A DNA stretch of 64,000 nt from Eledone cirrhosa. Lineage: Eukaryota. Shown piece after piece: positions 62,300 to 64,000 of this stretch. Under the pieces are notes generated by a model that was not told where the DNA came from, searched no databases, and saw nothing but the letters and a program-made list of their open reading frames with translations. Every line of letters begins with the position of its first letter. Position 1 is the stretch's first letter. A program made the translations under genes and the position numbers. Where the stretch lies: positions 131,440,001-131,504,000 of the forward strand of contig OZ024743.1 in the NCBI GenBank assembly GCA_964016885.1, given 5' to 3'.

Positions 62300-64000
62300 C
62301 ACCAAGCACCGAGCACCAAACACCAAACACCAAACACCAAGCACCAAGCACCAAACACCAAACACCAAGAACCAAGCACCAAACACCAAATACCAAGCAC
62401 CAAGCACTAAACACCAAACACCAAGCACCAAACACCAAGCACCAAGCACCAAGCACCAAGCACCAAACACAAAACACCAAGTACCAAGCACCAAGCACCA
62501 AACACCAAACACCTAACACCAAGCACCAAGCACCAAACACCAAACACCAAGCACCAAGCACCAGAGACCAAGCACCAAGCACCAAGGACCAAACACCAAA
62601 CACCAAACACCAGGCACAAAGCACCAAACACCAAGCACCAAGCACCAAACACCAAAGACCAAGCACAAAGCACCAAAGAGCAAAAACAAAGCACCAAGCA
62701 CCAAACACCAAACACCAAACACCAAACAGCAAACACCAAACACCAAATAGCAAACACCAAAGGGCAAACTCCAAACACCAAACAGCAAACACAAAACACC
62801 AAACAGCAAACAACAAACAGCAAACAGCAAACAGCAAACAGCAAACAGCAAACACCAAACACCAAGCATCAAGCACCAAGCACCAAACACCAACACCAAG
62901 CACCAAGCACCAAACACCAAGCACCAAGCACCAAACACCAAACACCAAGCTCCAAGCACCAAAAAAAAAAAACACCAAGCACCAAACCCCAAGCACCAAA
63001 CACCAAGCACCAAGCACCAAACACCAAACATCAAACAACAATCACCAAACATCAAACAGCAAACACCAAACACCAAACACCAAACATCAAACACCAAACA
63101 GCAAACAACAAACAACAAACGCCAAACATCAAACGCCAAACACCAAACGCCAAATAGCAAACACCAAACCGCAAACACCAAACACCAAACAGCAAACACC
63201 AAACAGCGAACTCCAAACAGCAAACACCAAACAGCAAACAGCAAACAGCAAACACCAAACACCAAACACCAAGCACCAAACTCCAAACACCAAGCACCAA
63301 GCACCAAGCACAAAACACCAAGCACCAAGCGCTAAACATAAAACACTAAGCACCAAGCACCAAGCACCAAGCACCAAACACCAAACATCAAACACCAATC
63401 ACCAAACATCAAACAGCAAACACCAAACACCAAACACCAAACATCAAACACCAAATAGCAAACAACAAACAACAAACGCCAAACATCAAACGCCAAACAC
63501 AAACACCAAATAGCAAACACCAAACCGCAAACACCAAACTCCAAACAGCAAACACCAAACACCAAACAGCGAACACCAAACAGCAAACACCAAACAGCAA
63601 ACACCAAACACCAAGCACCAAACACCAAACACCAAGCACGAAGCACCAAGCACAAAACACCAAGCACCAAGCACCAAACACCAAGCACCAAACACCAAAC
63701 ACCAAGCACCAAGTGCCAAACACCAAGCACCAAGCACCAAGCACGAAACACCAAGCACCAATCACCAAACACCAAACACCAAGCACCAAACACCAAACAG
63801 CAAACACCAATCACCAAACACCAAACACCAAACAGCAAACACCAATCACCAAACACCAAACACCAAACACCAAACAGTAAACACCAAACACCAAACAGCA
63901 AACACCAAACACCAAACACCAAACAGCAAACACCAAGCAGCAAACACCAAACAGCAAACACCAAACACCAAACACCAAATAGCAAACACCAAACAGCAAA
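62300..64000 (+). repeat. Partial third copy of the block at about 51.5-53.1 kb and 57.9-59.5 kb
   Basis: It shares CACCAGAGACCAAG, GGGCAAA, the poly-A tract (62961) and the B marker (63329). The offset from the second copy is about 4.4 kb. Confidence 0.85.
62961..62972 (+). repeat. A12 homopolymer (third copy)
   Basis: Same flanks, one A shorter. Confidence 0.95.

Larger units (their letters stand above)
49500..62300 (+). repeat. Tandem higher-order duplication, two copies of about 6.43 kb
   Basis: Offsets are 6440 (49667/56107), 6433 (50934/57367), 6432 (52916/59348; poly-A 52121/58553) and 6424 (54900/61324). Confidence 0.93.
1..64000 (+). repeat. Heptamer tandem satellite array (CACCAAR)n, about 9,100 units, extending beyond both window edges
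   Basis: Every line parses into 7-mers CACCAAA, CACCAAG or CAGCAAA and their 1-3 nt variants. The + strand is almost only A and C, with little G and very rare T. I saw no unique spacer and no change of orientation. Confidence 0.99.
45300..64000 (+). repeat. Satellite domain C, a mosaic of A-like and B-like blocks
   Basis: The stretch at about 45.5-48.7 kb re-uses A-type blocks (46170-46260 matches 310-400). The B marker returns at 52455, 58887 and 63329. Long poly-A tracts occur only in this domain. Confidence 0.65.

Noticed and set aside
20665-63350. CRISPR-like array built on the 22-bp recurrent motif
   Set aside because: Spacing is about 1-7.6 kb and irregular, the intervening DNA is the same satellite, and there are no cas genes or leader.
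1-64000. Pure sequencing noise or a polymerase stutter artefact
   Set aside because: Rare variants recur in identical order in blocks kilobases apart, which random error would not produce. The copy number of individual duplications still needs read confirmation.
1-64000. RNA polymerase II CTD-like heptad repeat
   Set aside because: Only the 7-aa period is shared. The sequence does not resemble YSPTSPS, and the period follows from 3 x 7 nt.
1-64000. Direct product of a telomerase-like or defence-associated reverse transcriptase
   Set aside because: There is no RT gene or template RNA in the window, and kb-scale copied variant patterns point to DNA-level duplication. An RT origin for the founding array cannot be tested from this window.
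1-64000. Stable G-quadruplex array on the minus strand, and a 147 bp = 21 x 7 nucleosome match
   Set aside because: G-runs are mostly only GG, so at best weak two-tier structures would form. The 147-bp match is arithmetic, and I saw no 147-bp periodicity.

Overview
The whole 64 kb window is one uninterrupted, single-orientation tandem array of a 7-bp unit, about 9,100 copies (64000/7). The consensus is CACCAAR (CACCAAA/CACCAAG; minus strand YTTGGTG), with CAGCAAA and CGCCAAA as common sub-variants. The array runs off both ends of the window. I found no unique sequence, genuine gene, RNA gene, CRISPR array or transposon. The ORFs in the track are by-products of a stop-free heptamer: every frame gives (KHQ[AT]P[SN]T)n on + or (WCLV[LF]G[AV])n on -. 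The informative structure lies in the rare variant units. They mark three domains (about 1-19.5 kb, 19.5-45.3 kb and 45.3-64 kb), nested near-identical duplications with offsets of about 0.85-8.6 kb, recurrent variant cassettes, a CG/TG/CA series suggestive of CpG methylation decay, several multi-base changes that create small palindromes, and a duplicated poly-A tract. The best interpretation is a simple-sequence satellite (heterochromatic, centromeric or telomere-related), probably eukaryotic. The organism cannot be determined from this window. Block boundaries are approximate because they were read by eye; offsets come from matched markers and the ORF track.
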